DNA of 64,000 nucleotides from Eledone cirrhosa (GCA_964016885.1 OZ024744.1:27528001-27592000), one strand, 5' to 3'. Positions 15,200 to 30,641 are shown, numbered from the stretch's first letter. Notes: a model not told the origin generated them from the letters alone. Numbers and translations are program-made.

Positions 15200-15625
15200 T
15201 ATTTCTTTGTGAAATATATCATGTAAATACAGTTTAATATAGAAAAAGAAAAAAAGAAAATATAGAATGAAAGAATCTAAAATAGGGAAATATAAAGAAA
15301 ACAACTGAAAAGGGGAGGAAATGGGAAGGACTCTAGTGTCACAGAAAAATGGGGAGGGTGAGACGGATGGTGATTGGGTTCCGGGTTTAGGGTGCGCTGT
15401 TAATGGAGCTGAGCCCCGCGGACAAGACTGCAAAAGCATTCTCATGGACAATGGCCAGTGACACCCACTGCAACAGCAACCCCACCTCGCGGGACTCATT
15501 CCTCAGATGGGCTGCTCATGTTCCGATCTTTCGGAGGAGCTCGACAGTATGGTGTCAAAGTACGCCTGAGTTCTCGACAGCCTCCGGCGTGAAGCTGAAG
15601 AGGCCGGACAGTCTCAGGTATTAAA
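15200..15625 (-). mobile_element. CRE-like (restriction-like endonuclease) non-LTR retrotransposon 3' fragment
   Basis: Reverse complement aligns with 58410-58700; reads ..EAVENSG..LLRKIG..LQWVSLAIVHENAF. Confidence 0.65.
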
Positions 15626-16177
15626 CGACCACCAGATTGAAAGTACTACGACCTCTATTACTATTCATGTCTACGACAAACGACCTGTTAGTCGCATCTA
15701 AAAGAATCATGAAAAAAAAAAAGAAAATGGAAGGAGATATAAAGCAGAAGTTGACGGACGATAGTAAAGTAACCAAATAGATAAAAAGAAGAAGGGGAAA
15801 GCGTTGGAATTATGGTCTATATGTGTATGTTTATGTTTTGGATATTTATTTATATAATGCCAAAAATAAATGAAATAATTATCGTTCTCGATCGATTGTG
15901 CACAACAGGTTTTTTTTTAGTTTTTTTTATTCGCGACGAGTTTTATACCTAGTAAAATTCGAAAAATTATTTTAAAAGTGTTATTTATACATATTTCTCC
16001 TTCTTTGTCCCGTAACTCTTGATGGAGTCGTAGGGACACCGTATTGACATACAACATTTATTGGGCATTTTAAGCCCTGGCGGAGCCCATCCCTCTTCAG
16101 GTCTGAATACAACAGATTTCTTCAAGAGAAAGATAGAGAGTGAAAGAGGGGAAGTGAGAACGAGATATAGAGGAAGA

Positions 16178-16331
16178 ATCAACTCCAGTACTAGACTGGT
16201 ACTTTTTTATCTACCTCGAAAGGATGAAAGGCAACGTTGACCTCGGCGGGATTTGAACTCAGAGAACAGAGAGGCGGAACAAATACTATAGAGCATTTTA
16301 TCCGAGGTTCAAACGACTCTGCAAATTCACC
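16178..16331 (-). mobile_element. Degenerate tRNA-derived SINE (second subfamily)
   Basis: ctggtac...aaggatgaaaggcaacgttgacctcggcgggatttgaactc. Confidence 0.7.
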
Positions 16332-16349
16332 TCGTATTCATACATATTA

Positions 16350-17270
16350 CACTCTATAACACGATTTTTTTCTTTGGGTAGCAACTATTATTTTCTATTT
16401 GCTTATACCTAGAAAGTATGAAAAATGGCTAAATTTTCCTTAAAACTTTGCTTTTATGGCCATGGTGATATTTCTAGATTTAGCTAATCGCATTGGGAAA
16501 ACTGCCAAATGTGAACATTCTCGTTCAAGTAAAGTTGGAATTAAATGACATATGATTAAAAAAGTAGCATTTATTTATTCTAGGATTTTATTAAAAAAAA
16601 TTGTGATAGTGGTGGGTTTTCGGGATTTACGCAGAAGCTGCAAATTGCTTTCACGAATCAGCCCCCATATATAGTCTCCCATCATGTTTTTATTATATGA
16701 TCCTTGGTAGTTACTTTCAAAGTTAGGTATATTCTGGTGGAAACACTCACCTTGCTCTTCAGAATATGCTCCCATGTTCCCCTTGAATTTATCATGAGGA
16801 ACATCATTCAAGCCATTTTTGCCAAAGTTATTCACCATGGTCTGAACAAGATCCACATAATTTTCGGCCTTGTGATTCCCCAGGAAGATCCGAACCACTG
16901 CAACAAAGCTGTTCCACGCTGCCTCCTCTGTCTTAATGAGATTTGGGGGGAATTCCTTGCACTCCATGATTTTCCTTATTTGTGGTATGATGAAGTCATC
17001 GACTTTCACTTTTGCCTCAGACAGCTTAGGGAAGAAGTCTCGAAAATACTTCAAGGTTGCACATTCCATATTTAGAGCTGTGACAAACTGTTTCATAAGG
17101 CTGAATTTTAAATGAAGTGATGGAAACAATACCTTCCGGGGCAATCCAAGTTACAAAAGCAAAATTAGAGGAGAATAATAGTCTTTTCCTGTGTTTTCTA
17201 GGCAGAAGAAAGCAGGAAAAAGCAATTATTGACCAAAGACGAAACAAAGTGAAATTTGTGATACATAGTG
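16350..17270 (-). mobile_element. Internally deleted Chapaev3-type (CMC) DNA transposon
   Basis: Imperfect TIRs starting CACTCTATAACAC / CACTATGTATCAC, with TTA on both flanks (3-bp TWA TSD). ORF 16575-17144 has PSLHLKFSLMKQFVTAL...FPKLSEAKVK...MGAYSEEQGECFHQ, typical of Chapaev3 transposases. Confidence 0.75.
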
Positions 17271-17660
17271 TTAAAATAGCATCTATATATTACTAAAAGT
17301 CTGTGGTTGCTTGTTTGCTTGTCTGTAATGTAATACTGCAAAAGGCCACATAATGGAAAAATACTTTGAAAGGAAGTTGCCCCTGAAATGGGAATACAAA
17401 TGGAATAAAACAAGTTTCGCGTAAATCGAAGCACAGGTTCTCGAGATATGGGGTTTTCTGGGTACCTTCATAAACAGAGAGAAAGAAGGGTAGAGAGGAA
17501 GAGATAGTGGTTGTGAGAGAGTATATTGAAAGAGAAACATACAGAGAGGGAGAGGCGACGGTGAAGGAGAGCTGGTTGTGTTGTTGTGTATATATGTATA
17601 TGTTAGTGTCTGTGGATATATGTATATGCATGTGTGTGTCTATGACTAGTGTATATAGAT

Positions 17661-17740
<80 letters not shown>

Positions 17741-18135
17741 GATAAATCTACCAAAATATACGGTAGTGTCCAATCCGTATGAAGAACTCAATGTAATCCA
17801 AATATCATGAAAAGATAAGATGTATTCAAATTCTTTCGATAAAAATCATAGGAAAACAGTCAAGATAAATTAATAAAAACAATAAAATAAAAACAAAGAA
17901 CAAGTTCCTTATATTAAAAAATTCATCATTTTACGATCCTTTCTAGGATGTATATGTGTGTTGGTATGTATATTATATAGATCTATGTAAAAATATTACA
18001 AACTATCAGAGGAAATATACATACCTTCACATATACAAGCCGTCCTCAGAAATGATGAGATGTGTTTATTGAAAACAACCAACAAAGATTTAATATAAAA
18101 GGTCTGTTTGGGAACAGGTTTTGAATTGACCAATA

Positions 18136-18244
<109 letters not shown>

Positions 18245-18322
18245 TGTGTGTGTGTGTGTTAGGTATTTCCGAAGGAAAACAAAGGAAAAAATAGTGCTCT
18301 ATGTACAGAATAAAACTGTTTA

Positions 18323-18500
18323 ATTGGAAAGTGAACAACACAGAATATAACTACTCCATTACCAAAGGTTTCTGGATTACAGACAATATTAATATATACG
18401 TCTGGATCTGACGACAGATCCGGACGTATATTATTATTGTCTGTGATCCAGAAACCTTTGGTAATGGAGTAGTTATATTATGTGTTGTTCACTTTCTAAT
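18323..18500. repeat. ~180-bp near-perfect palindrome next to (TA)n, probably two inverted PLE termini
   Basis: Arms are reverse complements around a centre at ~18412. The right arm carries GAAA-CC-TTT-GG-TA, which resembles a hammerhead 3' half. Confidence 0.8.
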
Positions 18501-20259
18501 ATATATATATATATATGTATATATATACATATAGTATTAAAGATACTATTTATGGTTATGTATATACTAAAACCTTTTATAGTTATATATATTTTAAACC
18601 CTAAATAGTGAAAGACAGTAATGTATTACTATCTTATTACCAGTAAGATAAATAGCTCAATGTAACAACATCAGTTGTTTTACAGAGCAGTTATATAGAA
18701 ATTACATGAATCAAAGTTCTGTTTAAATCATTTATTTGCTTACAATTGTTTCTTCCAAACCGAGATTTGGGGTCTTCGGAGCAATCATTCAGTGATATTT
18801 TACATACTTGACCTCCTTTTCAACACAAGAGACATATAGAAACATATGTATATATTGACCCACAGTGGGTTGACATCCATTATAATAACACAGCAAGGCA
18901 ATTTACATACAAAGATTACAGTCATATTAAAGGACAAAATTAAAGTTAAAATTAAAATTAAAATTAAAATAAAACATTGGCAGTTTACGAAGATAAAGCA
19001 AGAGGAAAGTTTGGAGTAGCCAGTGTATGCAAGAGTCACACGCGCTGGCATGCACGCGTGTCCTATTTATACAAGATTATAGTGCAGCAGATTGTTACAT
19101 GTAAAACAAGCAGTCAAAGCAGGCAATCAAGAACATCATGGGGGATGTAAAGCATTTTTCACAAACACCTGTACGATATAGAAGCCCGTGTGTAGAGAAA
19201 CACCAACAATATCAAAAATATTACAAATGAGAAGCAAAACAGCACCACTGTCCTCGCACACACCACCACTCTCACAATCCAGGAACACAATTTATAGACT
19301 ACATGTCCATCACACAATCCACGATAATTCAACATTGGGTGCCCGGTGAATCATGTTAGAACATCACAGCTTGTCGTTCTCTAATTCGATTCTATATAGC
19401 AGGTTGTTTTTGTTGTGAGAGTTGACATCGTATTATATTCCGGAAGTGTGTGTGTGTGTGTGATTAAGGGGAGTTAATGCGTAAGGGGAGGTAACTAGTT
19501 GATTTCTATAGCTAAATTTATTATCCTAAAGTACATTAATGGTGTCTCAAATGAGTCCCTATCATATAAGTTTATAAACAATTTCTAAATTTAAGTATCT
19601 TATCTATAAATTACAGTGTAGTCTATCAAGAAATACTAAAGGTGTTCATATTAGGATGATTACCTTCTATCATAGAGTGTCACAACCGAATATTCTACAT
19701 GAAGAGTCAGATCTCCAAATCAATGATCTTTGTAAGTGTAGTCCAGCCGCAGAACCTGGCAGGGTCTTATTAGAATCACTTCTATATATGACTCCTGGTA
19801 AGCTCTGGGTCATTGCATGTCTGATTGCATGGCAAAGTTAAATATCACTAGGGTAGTCCAGAGATCAATTCTCACTTACAAAGACACTAATCTGATCATC
19901 AAGTCATACATGTATTTATAACTCATACATCACCTGTACACAATTCATTGCACTCAGCATATAGATTATATAGCTCTTTTATGTTATTAAATTAATTACT
20001 TAATCTTCCATTTATTCAATGATGGCACTCCATACACAGGACAATGTTAGTACAACCAATTCCGGGCTTAAAGTTTACATTAATTATATATTGGTATAAT
20101 GTAGTCTAAGTAATTGAAGGCCAATATACCAAAAGTAGAAGTGGGGATATCTCTAGGGTAAGTGGGGATATCTCTAGGGTAAAAGGTACTAGGAGGAAGT
20201 CTCTATTTGCGTTAAAGTGGATTAATGGGCGTGGAGATGAGGTGTAAGGTGTGCCCCTG

Positions 20260-21110
20260 ATGTTTGTTGCTAGAGGTGGTGACGGGTTCAAGTCTGACAT
20301 TGTTATATATTGGGTTTAAAGTTTTGGAAGGAGTGTCAGAAGCCGTGTTGGCAAGACGCGAACACTCTGATTTTTTATTAAGGAGGTTATGGTTTGAGAA
20401 GATGATAGTATGGGTCTCTAGTAGACAGAGGTTACAAAATGTATTAGGTCGTTTGTACGATGTCGCGTTACCTATCACTTCCCATTTAAGTGTATATGGT
20501 TTATTTTTAGTTTTTAGATAGTGTATGTAGCTAGATAGTGAAGTGGAGTTGGCTAGACTGTGTTTTTTGAAAGAGTGGAGGTGCGAATTGTATCTGGTTT
20601 TGAAGCAGTTTGAAGTAAAGCCTATATAGGTTTCAGAAGAGTTGCTAGTTGTGACTGTGCATGAGTATATGATATCCTTGGTTAAGCATTTTTTATCTAA
20701 AGGGCAGGTTCTATTTGATCTACAGTTACAATTATTCTGGGTGTTAGTCTGCCGGTTATTATGTTGTGTAGAAGTCTGGATGGTAGCTATAGGGTTATGG
20801 TTATGTGGGTTGTCGTGCCCAGCGTTATTGTTTACACTTGTGCTATTACTATTATTTCTATTGATATTAGGGTTAGTTGCTATAATGTTATTTTGAAGGT
20901 TTATCGTCTGTTGTGATTTAGTTTGTTGGAAGTAAAAATTAATTTTTCTTTTATTGCTACTAGCTATGTGGGGCGTAGTAGAGTAGGATATTTTAATAGT
21001 GTTTTTGTTTAAAAGGCTATGGTACTTGTGGCCGGATGGGAAGTTTTTATCTAGTAGTGAGAAGAAAGCCCTAGGTAGGTTGGTAGAGACGTTTAGATTG
21101 AAAGGAGGGT
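20260..21110 (-). pseudogene. GIY-YIG endonuclease region of the same PLE
   Basis: Manual translation: FNPPFNLNVSTN...CNCR..CPLDKKCLTKDIIYSC...TYIGFTSNCFKTRYNSH...CNLCLLE. Confidence 0.8.
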
Positions 21111-22739
21111 TGAAAATGTATTATTTCTTCTTCTATTTTTGTTTTTTATGTCTGGTGAGTTGTTTCCTTTTATGGTACTATGGTAATTTCTGTGGTGTGG
21201 GTTACTTTTGTTGGCATCCTCTGCATTAGTGTGTTTGTGGTTGCTATTCCTATTACTAAATTTCCTCACGGACATGTTGTGCGAAATAATGTTGTAGCTA
21301 TGTGTTTTTGTAGGTAGGAACTCGATCTCTATATTATGGCCTGATCTAGCTAATGCCTGATTATAATATTGCGAGTTTTTGCTAAATATGTTTACGTCAC
21401 AGGATAGATTAGAGATTTTATTAGATACTCCCTTAGAGATAGAGTTTAATATAGATCTAGGGTGCTTAGACTTGGTATCTACGTAAATGAGTTTTTCATT
21501 AGGTTTGTGGAAAAGTGCATATATCTTTGAGTCTAGGTAGAGGGTGGCGTCCAGGTAGTTAACGTTTTTAGTGTTTTTGTCCATGGTAATACTAAGGTTA
21601 TAGTTTTTGAATGTCTTGTGCAATAGTTTTCTAGTTCTTTCTATATTGAATTTTTTATAATCTATAAGTAGAAGTGCATCATCGCGGTACAAACCACCGT
21701 TGAGGTATGGAAGGTCCTTATGGATTTCGTTAAGTAAATATAGGCCGACTAAATCAGTGACCTGCGCCGAGTCACTAGAACCCATGGTTATGTCGAAGTT
21801 GTTTTGCGTATCTTTGCGGGTCCATAATTGGTCTTCAAAGGTGATTACTGTTTTACGGGCCGCAAGTATGACATCAATCTGGGGTCTAGTCAGGTCACTA
21901 TTGTCCATGGCCATGATAAGTGCCTTATTTAATAGGATAGGAGAAATAGAGGTGTAGTATGAATTGATATCAAATTGAATAAATTTGTTATCCTTGTTAT
22001 CTTTGAACCATTCAATCACTTCACCTGTATTTCCCCATTGTTTAAGGTATATCTTGTGTTTAATCTGTGGGATGATTTTATCTAAAATTTTCTTACTGAT
22101 AATGCCAATGTCAGACTTGGAAGGGCAGATAAGTCTAATCGAGGGGTTGCTAATGAAGTCCTCCTTATGGTCCTTCAGAGAGAATCTAGGGGGGTTTGGG
22201 GTATATGGTTGTGTATGTCTCTGGAGTCCTAGTTTGGACACTATATTATAGCCTTCCATATTAATATATTCTAAGTTTTTCATAGTGGTTTTCTTGTAGC
22301 TTTTATGTAGTTCATTATATATAAACTTTCTATAAGTATTATAATCTAGGCTGTATATGTTATTAGTTTTGTCCGCATGTACAATAATTTTATTACTAGT
22401 TTTGAAATCATTAATAGAGGTGCTAAGTTTGTTTAAGAAGATGTTGTTTTTATTACCTTGCTTTTTGTATTTAATATTCTTAACTAGTTGAATTAGGTCA
22501 TTCTCAAAGGAGTTTAGTAGTGTGTTATGAGGGGGGCTTCTAAAGGTTTTAAAGCCGAAGGAGTCAAATTTGTTAGTATTATTAACCTTGTTAGATTTGT
22601 TTTTATCATAATGGAATGTCCTCCATCTCACTCTATTGATAAAGGAATTTACACTGTCGATCAATAATTTTTCATATGTATTTTTGGATGGTATTGGTAT
22701 GTTCTTGGTTGACATAGGGAGTTGGTCTTTGATCAGCAT
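21093..22739 (-). CDS. Penelope-like reverse transcriptase (frameshifts at ~21100 into the endonuclease)
   Basis: ADKTNNIY, LKDHK..F..NP.IRLICPSKSDIG, FIQFDINSYYTSI, TMGSSDSAQVTDLVGLY, GGLYRDD, VNYLDATL. Confidence 0.85.
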   Translation of the reverse strand: MLIKDQLPMSTKNIPIPSKNTYEKLLIDSVNSFINRVRWRTFHYDKNKSNKVNNTNKFDSFGFKTFRSPPHNTLLNSFENDLIQLVKNIKYKKQGNKNNIFLNKLSTSINDFKTSNKIIVHADKTNNIYSLDYNTYRKFIYNELHKSYKKTTMKNLEYINMEGYNIVSKLGLQRHTQPYTPNPPRFSLKDHKEDFISNPSIRLICPSKSDIGIISKKILDKIIPQIKHKIYLKQWGNTGEVIEWFKDNKDNKFIQFDINSYYTSISPILLNKALIMAMDNSDLTRPQIDVILAARKTVITFEDQLWTRKDTQNNFDITMGSSDSAQVTDLVGLYLLNEIHKDLPYLNGGLYRDDALLLIDYKKFNIERTRKLLHKTFKNYNLSITMDKNTKNVNYLDATLYLDSKIYALFHKPNEKLIYVDTKSKHPRSILNSISKGVSNKISNLSCDVNIFSKNSQYYNQALARSGHNIEIEFLPTKTHSYNIISHNMSVRKFSNRNSNHKHTNAEDANKSNPHHRNYHSTIKGNNSPDIKNKNRRRNNTFSTLLSI

Positions 22740-23690
22740 ACTGGTAATTTATTGTATGTCAGCCAAACAGTATGGAGCAGTTAATAGTATTAAGGATACT
22801 ATTTATGGTTATGTATATACTAAAACCTTTTATAGTTATATATATTTTAAACCTAAATAGTGAAAGACAGTAATTTATTACTACCTTATTACCAGTAACA
22901 ACATCAGTTGTTTTACAGAGCAGTTATATAGAAATTACATGAATCAAAGTTCTGTTTAAATCATTTATTTGCTTACAATTGTTTCTTCCAAACCGAGATT
23001 TGGGGTCTTCGGAGCAATTATTCAGTGATTTTTACATACTTGACCTCCTTTTCAACACAAGAGACATATAGAAACATATGTATATATTGACCCACAGTGG
23101 GTTGACATCCATTATAATAATACAACATGGCAATTTACATACAAAGATTACAGTCATATTAAAGGACAAAATTAAAGTTAAAATTAAAATTAAAATTAAA
23201 ATTAAAATAAAACATTGGCAGTTTATATTTGTAATATTTGTAATATTTTTTATATTTTTGGTGTTTCTCTACACACGGGCTTCTATATCGTACAGGTGTG
23301 TGTGAAAATGCTTTACCAGTACAGCCCCCATGATGCTCTTGATTGCCTGCTTTGACTGCTTGTTTTACATGTAACAATCTGCCGCACTATAATCTTGTAT
23401 AAATAGGACACGCGTGCATGCCTCACGTGTGACTGCTGCATACACTGGCTACTCCAAACTTTCCTCTTGCTTTATTTTCATAAACTGCCAATGTTTTATT
23501 TTAATTTTAATTTTAATTTTAATTTTAACTTTAATTTTGTCCTTTGATATGACTGTAATCTTTGTATGTAAATTGCCTTGCTGTATTATAATAATGGATG
23601 TCAACCCACTGTGGGTCAATATATACATATGTTTCTATATGTCTTTTGTGTTGAAAAGGAGGTCAAGTATGTAAAAAAATCACTGAATAA

Positions 23691-23739
23691 TTGCTCCGAA
23701 GACCCCAAATCTCGGTTTGGAAGAAACAATTGTAAGCAA
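23691..23739 (+). ncRNA. Degenerate minimal hammerhead motif in the PLE terminal repeat (also 18736-18784 and 22969-23017 on -)
   Basis: TTGCT-CCGAAGA-cc CCAAA..TTTGG aa-GAAA-C AATT G-TA-AGCAA. It has a U4C core change and mismatches at the base of stem II. Confidence 0.5.
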
Positions 23740-23772
23740 ATAAATGATTTAAACAGAACTTTGATTCATGTA

Positions 23773-23822
<50 letters not shown>

Positions 23823-23832
<10 letters not shown>

Positions 23833-24197
23833 GAGGTTTTTTTTACAAAATGAAAAATAACCGAGGTGTCCTACACGAGTGAAAGTATAAAGAAAAAGAG
23901 ATGAAATCGAAAATGCAACTGGAGTCTTATTTTTTTTTTAAATATATATATTTATTTGGTTCCTTTACCGGTTTCGCAGTTCTTCTGGTTTTCAAAAGGT
24001 GATTTGAGATGGAGGGTCTGTGGTTTTTCTCACATCTGTGGTTTTTCTCACAGATGTGAGAAAAACCACAGACCCTCCATCTCAAATCACCTTTTGAAAA
24101 CCAGAAGAACTGCGAAACCGGTAAAGGAACCAAATAAATATATATATTTAAAAAAAAAATAAGACTCCAGTTGCATTTTCGATTTCATCTCGTTTTC

Positions 24198-24198
<1 letters not shown>
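23823..24198. mobile_element. Palindromic PLE-terminus insertion in (TA)n
   Basis: 23897-24040 is inverted at 24050-24190. Hammerhead motifs at 23962-23999 (-) and 24090-24127 (+). Confidence 0.8.
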
Positions 24199-24269
<71 letters not shown>

Positions 24270-24300
24270 TTTATATATATATATAAATAGACACACACAT

Positions 24301-26484
<2,184 letters not shown>

Positions 26485-26571
26485 AAAGTTCTATTTAAAG
26501 TTGTTGGGATACAACAATAAATATTTTTATAACTGATATAAAGCACTCGACAAGTTTTTGGAGTATATATA

Positions 26572-28960
26572 CGATATTAATAAATGGAAACTATATTTAT
26601 AAAACCATATTTATTTCATTATACATATTTCAGGGATACCATATTAAATTATGGTATGCCTTCATCAGACAAAATACAATATATAACAGTTTTACAAATA
26701 GCTTTGACGTACCCTTTTAAAATACAACCATTACTTTTGGAGGTTGTCTGGATAGTGAATTGTTTATATTGTTTTAATAAGTCATAGTGTTAAGCACAAT
26801 TAGAAAAAGACAGAGATAAAGAAAAAGAAAAAAGACGGAGAGAGAGAAAAGAACAAAGACGGAGAGAGAGAAAGAAAAAGAAAGAAAACCTGGGGAAATA
26901 TCGGAGAGAGAGAGAAATGTATGGAGAAAAGAAAGAGATAAATAAAGATTACAGAATTTAAATTTCGCTTCAATAATCATAAGAATTCTTTCACAGATCC
27001 AAACAAAAATCTTCAACTTCGCTATCTAGCCTACTATGGGACCTAAAACGAGATAATATTAAATATTCGATGAATTGGAATATTATTTCACAAGCTACTC
27101 CTTTTAATTCCTCTTCAGAGAATTGTGATCTTTGTATTGAAGAAATATTCTTTATATTAAAGTCCAAAAATTCCCTTAATCTAAGGAACAATTTATTCAG
27201 TTGCTGCAGACATAGATTGAACTCAACGTTTAAATATAAATATAAATTAAAATGTAGTATAAATAATTAAGTAATTTTAGTTAATATATGGAACCTGTCG
27301 ATAAATCATTAGATTCCTTCACCTTTTTCTTTTTAAACTTTCTTCCTAAATATAAACAAGGATATAATTAAACTACTCTAAAATGTCTATATTTCCAATG
27401 TATTAAATAAAATATACGTAAGGTAAATTTCTATACTATATATAATGTTATCTGTAGAATCATTGGGTTTCTTTAAATCTTTTAAATTATTTTTATTTAT
27501 TTGTTTTGATTATGATAGCTTCTCATAACTTTCATATGTCTACCCTTTCAATATCTTGATTGATATATACGTAGGATAAATTTCTATACTAAATATATAA
27601 AACATATTATTTTAACTTAAGATACTCTATAGTGTTTTAAAGATATTTAATGCTTTGATATTACTAGATTTCTTTTGTCTATACTGATATAGCTGCATTT
27701 CCAAAATATACTCCTTTAGTATTTTAAATTTATTTTGTTATGGTTATGTGTACAAGTTATAATCCTTTAGTAATATATTGATATTTGATTATCTCTATGC
27801 AAATGCATATGTGTGTATTAACATGCATAAAAAGTGTTATAGATTTTTTGTGTCTATATATGTCTGTATATATACATGAGTGATGCGTGACGACGCACGC
27901 AAATATTTATTTATACATATGTATGTGTATATATGTATGTGTATATATATATGTGGTTGGGAGGTATGTTGCAGATATGCATAATATTAAACACATGAAT
28001 GGTAATCGTATATATGAGGACATGAATGTTAATCGTATATATTTGTATATATATACTGTGAAATTTTTATAACACAAAGAATGTATAGCAGTGATTAAGA
28101 GAAATCATTTACGTTTTGTATGGCTATATTGTTGGCTTGAGTTAAACATATTTCTATTTTCAGGACGTGCATATCTATATGTATATATATACATATATAT
28201 TTGTATGTCTTTGCATAAAATACTGATCTCTATAGCAAGGGTACATTTTGAACTCAGATTTTGATATATTGATCTCAAGTTTCTAAACTAAACATATAGT
28301 CATTATTGAACAATGTTTAATTTCTCATATTATATATCTATGTCCCATTCATGAATATTGATACTTATATTTTTATTATTCATTTCATATAAATTGTTAA
28401 CTCAACTTAATATGACATGACGTAAAGTGTTCATTGTCCCCCCCCCCCTTCTCTCTATATAGTATTTCTCTCTCTTGAGTTTTTCTCTCTGTATGATGAC
28501 TTGATATCTCTCTGTTGCTTTCCTTTGTTTTTCTTATTTCTTCCTTTTCTTTCTTTTTTCTTTTTTCTTTTTTATTTCCTCCTATCTTTATTTATCTCTT
28601 TCTTTTCTCCATACATTTCTCTCTCTCTCCGATATTTCCCCAGGTTTTCTTTCTTTTTCTTTCTCTCTCTCCGTCTTTGTTATTTTCTCTCTCTCCGTCT
28701 TTTTTCTTTTTCTTTATCTCCGTCTTTTTCTAATTGTGCTTAACACTATGACTTATTAAAACAATATAAACAATTCACTATCCAGACAACCTCCAAAAGT
28801 AATGGTTGTATTTTAAAAGGGTACGTCAAAGCTATTTGTAAAACTGTTATATATTGTATTTTGTCTGATGAAGGCATACCATAATTTAATATGGTATCCC
28901 TGAAATATGTATAATGAAATAAATATGGTTTTATAAATATAGTTTCCATTTATTAATATC
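26572..28960 (+). mobile_element. 5'-truncated PLE with an inverted 3' arm
   Basis: 26572-26950 is the reverse complement of ~28585-28960. GIY-YIG C-terminus (WNIISQA..CDLCIEE..CCRH) at 26960-27250. CTGATGA...GAAATATGTA motif at 28865-28911 and its mirror at ~26620-26668. Confidence 0.75.
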
Positions 28961-29505
28961 ATATATATATATATACACGTATATATAAGGACATTCTAGT
29001 TTATTTCACATTATATACAAGTCTGTGTATATTTTAATTATTTAAAAATTATTTTTAAGTGAACATGATTTTAAAAGATATTATAAAAGATATTCATGAT
29101 TTTAAAAGATATTACGGGTGGTCTGATAACTGAATAAAATTGAAAAGTATTTCTATTTAAAAGTATTTATGATAAGCACTTGGGGTTATTTGCTAAATTT
29201 TTTTAGTTTAGTTGTTTTCTAAGTTTAGTAGTTTCATTTTGTATTGTATACGTTTTGAAATAGGATCTTGATCTTGGCGGCACATCTAATTACACATTTC
29301 AACACACGAATTTGCCTTCCAAGGCTCACGCTTTGTAATCTAGTTCCCCAAACCTCCAAAGCAGTATTACCACACCACACGATCACGTCGGCGAAAGAGG
29401 TTTAGACCTTATGCGTAAGTGAATCGAGGTAACTTTTATTTGAATATCGTGACCTGAGATTTTTCATTAGGTGTCCTAGTATTCACACCAGCATCAGCCA
29501 ACCTA

Positions 29506-30326
29506 CTAGCGGGCTTCAAAATATTCGTGGAAAAAGGAGAATTGGAAAAAATGGATTAAGTTATGATGTTTATTTGTCAACATAAGCTCCATCTAAGTCA
29601 ATATATTTTTGCAAGCGTTGATACCAGTCTTTAAGTCCATCTGTGTAAAACTGAGGGCCATGTGATTTAAACCATGTCAAATAACCGTTGCTATCAGCCT
29701 TTAAGTCCATCTGTGTAAAACTGAGGGCCATGTGATTTAAACCATGTCAAACAACCATTGATACCAGCCTTTAAGTCCATCTGTGTAAAACTGAGGGCCA
29801 TGTGATTTAAACCATGTCAAACAACCATCGATACCAGCCTTTAAGTCCATCTGTGTAAAACTGAGGGCCATGTGATTTAAACCATGTCAAACAACCATTG
29901 ATACCAGCCTTTAAGTCCATCTGTATAACACTGAGGGCGATGTGACTTAAACCATGTCAAAGCAGCTTATTTTTACATCTTCAACTGAGGATTATCATCT
30001 CTTCCACTTCTAAAACGACTTATCTATTTGTAGGTTGTTGATTTATTTGGGACATTCTCCCCATAAACTTGCTTCAGAGTGTCAATGATTTGGTTGCTCT
30101 TCCACGCTAGCTTCCCCATGAATTTGATGTTTTGATGGAGAATATGTTGCTCGAGCAGGTGCTGACTTCTGACTGGCGGGGCCACATTACAACATGTATT
30201 TAAGGGTTCATGTTAGAACATGTTATGACACGTTAGTAAGAGAACGTACAGGTACAATGAGATCAAAATCTCAGCATAACATTTTTAGCTATGTACTTCA
30301 TACACAAATCTTTTGAAGCCCCCTCG
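29506..30326 (-). mobile_element. Internally deleted Hsmar2-like (irritans) mariner
   Basis: TA-flanked TIRs CGAGGGGGCTTCAAAA. N-terminal NIKFMGKLAWKSNQIIDTLKQVYGEN and C-terminal TWFKSHGPQFYTDGLK.WYQRLQKYIDLDGAYVDK. Confidence 0.8.
29617..29960. repeat. Five tandem 70-bp units inside the mariner
   Basis: TTAAGTCCAT at 29631, 29701, 29771, 29841 and 29911. Confidence 0.95.
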
Positions 30327-30534
30327 TATATTTCTAGACACCCATCTCCTAAATGTTATATATCAGACTGAGAAAAACGATGGGAGCAAAGCCACGGATA
30401 TTGTTTAAAATATTGGTTACCCGGGGGTTTTAGGAGTATTTGTCATGGTAGAAAAGGATGTGTACCTCGAGGGTATTCACCCTGATAATGATGATGGTGG
30501 TGGCTGTGATGGCGATAATCACCATCATCATCGT

Positions 30535-30641
30535 AATAATTGTTTCTACATTAGGCACAAGACCAGCAATTAACCAGTGCATTACTGGTACTTTATTTTA
30601 TCGACCCCGTAAGGATGAAAGGCAAAGTCAACCTCGGCGGG
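30535..30641 (-). mobile_element. 5'-truncated Nin-like SINE
   Basis: Matches the 3' half of 2581-2769. Confidence 0.8.

Larger units (their letters stand above)
18530..23780 (-). mobile_element. Near full-length Penelope-like element (GLYRDD-type RT + GIY-YIG) with a direct pseudo-LTR and an inverted terminal arm
   Basis: 18530-18985 repeats directly at 22783-23225. 23225-23780 is the reverse complement of ~18693-19230. Both ends are in (TA)n. Confidence 0.9.

Noticed and set aside
17282-17470. Possible Helentron/DINE-like non-autonomous element (also ~61900-62090)
   Set aside because: Only a vague terminal resemblance; I could not define the ends or subterminal repeats.
29617-29960. CRISPR-like periodicity (also 57642-57811)
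   Set aside because: Units are contiguous with no unique spacers, derive from transposon coding sequence, and the context is eukaryotic with no cas genes.
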